Source: Nemertoderma westbladi (Eukaryota > Animalia > Xenacoelomorpha). From it: 64,000 nucleotides of DNA. Below are positions 61,386 through 64,000 of the stretch, one piece after another (positions within the stretch are counted from its first letter, which is position 1; the number at the start of each line of letters is the position of its first letter). Where the stretch lies: NCBI GenBank assembly GCA_032718475.1, contig JAUCBJ010001182.1, positions 1 through 64,000 on the forward strand. Reading direction: 5' to 3'. A model generated the notes under the pieces. The model ran no database searches and was not told the DNA's origin. It saw only the letters and a list, made by a program, of their open reading frames with translations. A program made the translations under genes and the position numbers.

Positions 61386-62713
61386 AATTTCCTTGAAAAA
61401 CATATTTCAGGAAAACTCACATCCTCACATATATTAGACGTGGATATTAGAAATTTGAAGCATGTTCATGTTTATATCAGTATAAAAACATCTGATCAAA
61501 AAATGCAACACTCGAAAGTGAAAAAAATAGAATTTCATAAGCTACAAAAATATTTACTGTTTTTCACACTAACGGTTTTGTTTTTAATATATATTGGGAA
61601 AAATAAGTGGCAAAATTCAAAATTGCCATGTTTGTTCGGTTTCATTTCGGTTCCGGTTCGGCTCGTCTATAGTTCGGTCGATCACTATAGTTGCGGGATC
61701 GTGGTGGAGGGCCTGGGGCCTCGGCCCCTTCGCCCTCAGGCGCCCCCAACCACCCCCCCCCCCCCCCCCCTAATACGGCCCTGCACACAGCCCCCTCCCA
61801 TTGGATTCAATCCACTAACAACATAAAATATAAACCTGGTTCATAGTAAAAATGAATTACAAATTAAAAATACATTAAATGGAATGTATAATTTATGCGA
61901 GGCACTACGAAATAAAAAGCACCTGTACAACGATGACCAATTTGGTAACAATTACTAACCATCCATTGGGTTTTGCCGCATTAAACAAACTACTATTACG
62001 TCACCAATATAGTCCCCAGATAATATTTTATACAACAATTGAACTTAAAAAAGCTCAAGCATATAAAATACAATGAATACCTGCGATAATTACCCCACCA
62101 CTAAAAATTATACCAGCAACTATAAACTTTAATCGAATGCTTTATAAAATATATCAATATATTATTAATAATTAATTAAACAATAAATTAATAAATACCT
62201 TATAAATAGAAATAGTGGTGACCTAGTGTTCGAGATAACAGAAAAATGATTAATCCCGAAATATTGCACTACCCTACTCAGAATAACCCGGGTAATTCTG
62301 ATTCAGGGCTGTCACAAACAAGGGAAAAAAAAAGGGAAAGAAAAGCTTTAAAGCGACCAAGTAAGTCATAAAATGCATCAGAAACAAATGATTTACAAGG
62401 ACTAACTCGGGCCAATCTCTGTTTTGTATCCTTAAATTGTAGCTAAATGAGTACCAGTTTCCTGTTTACCCAGTAAAATTTTAAACTTTTACCGGTGCTC
62501 AACAGCACTAAAACTTTTACCGGTGCTCAACAGCGCTAAAACATTTAAAAATTTGAGGCGAAATGGGCAAAATTTTAAAAAAGTTAAAATTTTGTGTGTT
62601 AGTGCACCAGAATGAGATGATCGATGCTTTTGACACATTTTATGGCGCAGTTTGGTTATTGAACTTCCGGTGTCCTGTTGCACCGATATTAAGTTCATTC
62701 GAACCGCAATGAT

Positions 62714-62776
62714 CGATTTAGTGGGCTATAGAGACCGATTTAGTGGGCTATAGAGACCGATTTAGTGGGCTATAGA
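62714..62776. repeat. 22-bp tandem repeat, about 3 copies (CGATTTAGTGGGCTATAGAGAC)
   Basis: Read directly from the sequence. Confidence 0.85.
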
Positions 62777-62779
62777 GTC

Positions 62780-63789
62780 CTCCAAAACAAGAAATCAAAT
62801 TTAGGCCTAGAGTTATTCCTGTGTTATTCAGTAACTCATTTTTTGAATAATTTTTTTTAGATCTTGACTCAAAAATTACAATTTTGATTGTATAAGGGTT
62901 TTTGAGGTCGCTGATGACGATGAAATTAGTTAAAATATTTCTGGTAATGCAAAAATCATTTTTGGTGCCATTCTGGTGTCCCAGAACGAAAAGTACAAGT
63001 TGCAAAAATTTCAAACTATTAAATTTTGCCTTTGGTTTGGTAATTCTGAAGCTAAACTGGTTTTCAAGACCGCTGATCACGAACCAACTTATTAAAAATT
63101 ATTCGTGGAAACCCAACTATCATTTTTGGTGCTTGTCTGGTGGGTCAAATAAAACAATTAGCATAAAATTTGAAACTGCAAAAATCGAATTTGGTTGGAT
63201 AATACTATATTTTTGAATGTCATATTCGTGATCAGCATCCCAGAAAACCCCTAATGTCATAAAATCCGCTTGATCTGATAATTTTTAAGTACCAACAATT
63301 GCATAATTATCAAGGTACGACATTTTTCAGTGCCATATTCGTAATCAGCTTCGCAAAAAAAAAAAACATATGGTCATAAAATCAAGATCTGATTTCGTGG
63401 TGATTTTTCATTATCATATTTCCACTACTTGTTTATTCGTGCCTCAGGGGACACAATCCAAATTAACAAAAATGTTCTCGAATGTTGTATTTGAATTCTA
63501 TAATCGTGATCAGCATCCAAAAAACCACTACATACTGCAAGTAAATTAATTTTAGTCAACTATGAAAACTTTCGAAAATTTTAGCACGAAAATTACTGAA
63601 TATGGGTGCCAGAAAAGGACCACAGCACGAAAACTAACATAGCCATATAAATGGTGTATGCTCTGTTGGGTATCACATTAAATTTTAGGAAAAGTCACGA
63701 GATCTCGGTTTTCCAAACATATCTTACTCCAAAATACAGATAAATTACAAAACAATTTTTAAATTTACCTCCGGACCAAATAGGGTTAA
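62780..63789. mobile_element. Probable end of a TTAA-type (piggyBac-like) non-autonomous element with dispersed subterminal motifs
   Basis: Motif TTCGTGATCAGCA...AAAACCCC recurs about 5 times in both orientations, and the region ends AGGG|TTAA. No convincing left TIR was found. Confidence 0.35.
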
Positions 63790-64000
63790 ATGACTTTTCA
63801 GCTCTTAAATCTCGTGCGCAAGACTTTTCAGTTATTAAGAAAAAATAAAATCACGCGATTACCCTTCGCCTTCAGAGCCACCATAAAATTTCAAACAGTA
63901 ATGTAAAATAATATATAACCTAGCAACCAAACAATACACAATAATGCAAAATTAGGCCCATGTCCTTTTACTAGCCGTAGTCATGACTAAATGAGTATTA

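Noticed and set aside
60144-63789. Single piggyBac element bounded by TTAACCCTAT...ATAGGGTTAA
   Set aside because: Only 6 bp of inverted match beyond TTAA and no transposase.

Overview
Repeat-dense eukaryotic (metazoan invertebrate-like, spliceosomal introns) genomic DNA; nothing here looks prokaryotic. Host content is a divergently oriented pair of paralogous OFA/OxlT-like MFS transporter genes: a complete 5-exon copy at 45382-50022 (+) and only coding exon 1 of the other at 13543-13922 (-). Between them is a 24-kb nest: a CsRN1-like Ty3/Gypsy element (15435-39515, TSD AGGT) carrying three later insertions, each with a 5-bp TSD. These are a solo LTR, a full-length BEL/Pao element, and an 11.6-kb RT-less BEL/Pao derivative (25496-37105, minus strand) that landed inside the host RT YLDD motif. 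The RT-less element is the most unusual object. It has near-identical LTRs, Gag and protease but no RT/RNase H, no tRNA-type PBS (a possible Tf1-like self-priming pairing instead), an array of about 18 small hairpins, and, in the env position, an open 825-codon ORF with a WRN/EXD/Mut-7-like DEDDy 3'-5' exonuclease plus three CCHC zinc knuckles. Downstream is a 7.8-kb IS3EU-like DNA transposon (50345-58125, TSD AACTTT, ~0.9-kb TIRs) carrying a decayed HECT E3-ligase gene. The rest is two large minisatellites, CRE-like and L2-like LINE remnants, MITEs and a SINE. All family assignments come from motif recognition by eye; no searches were run.
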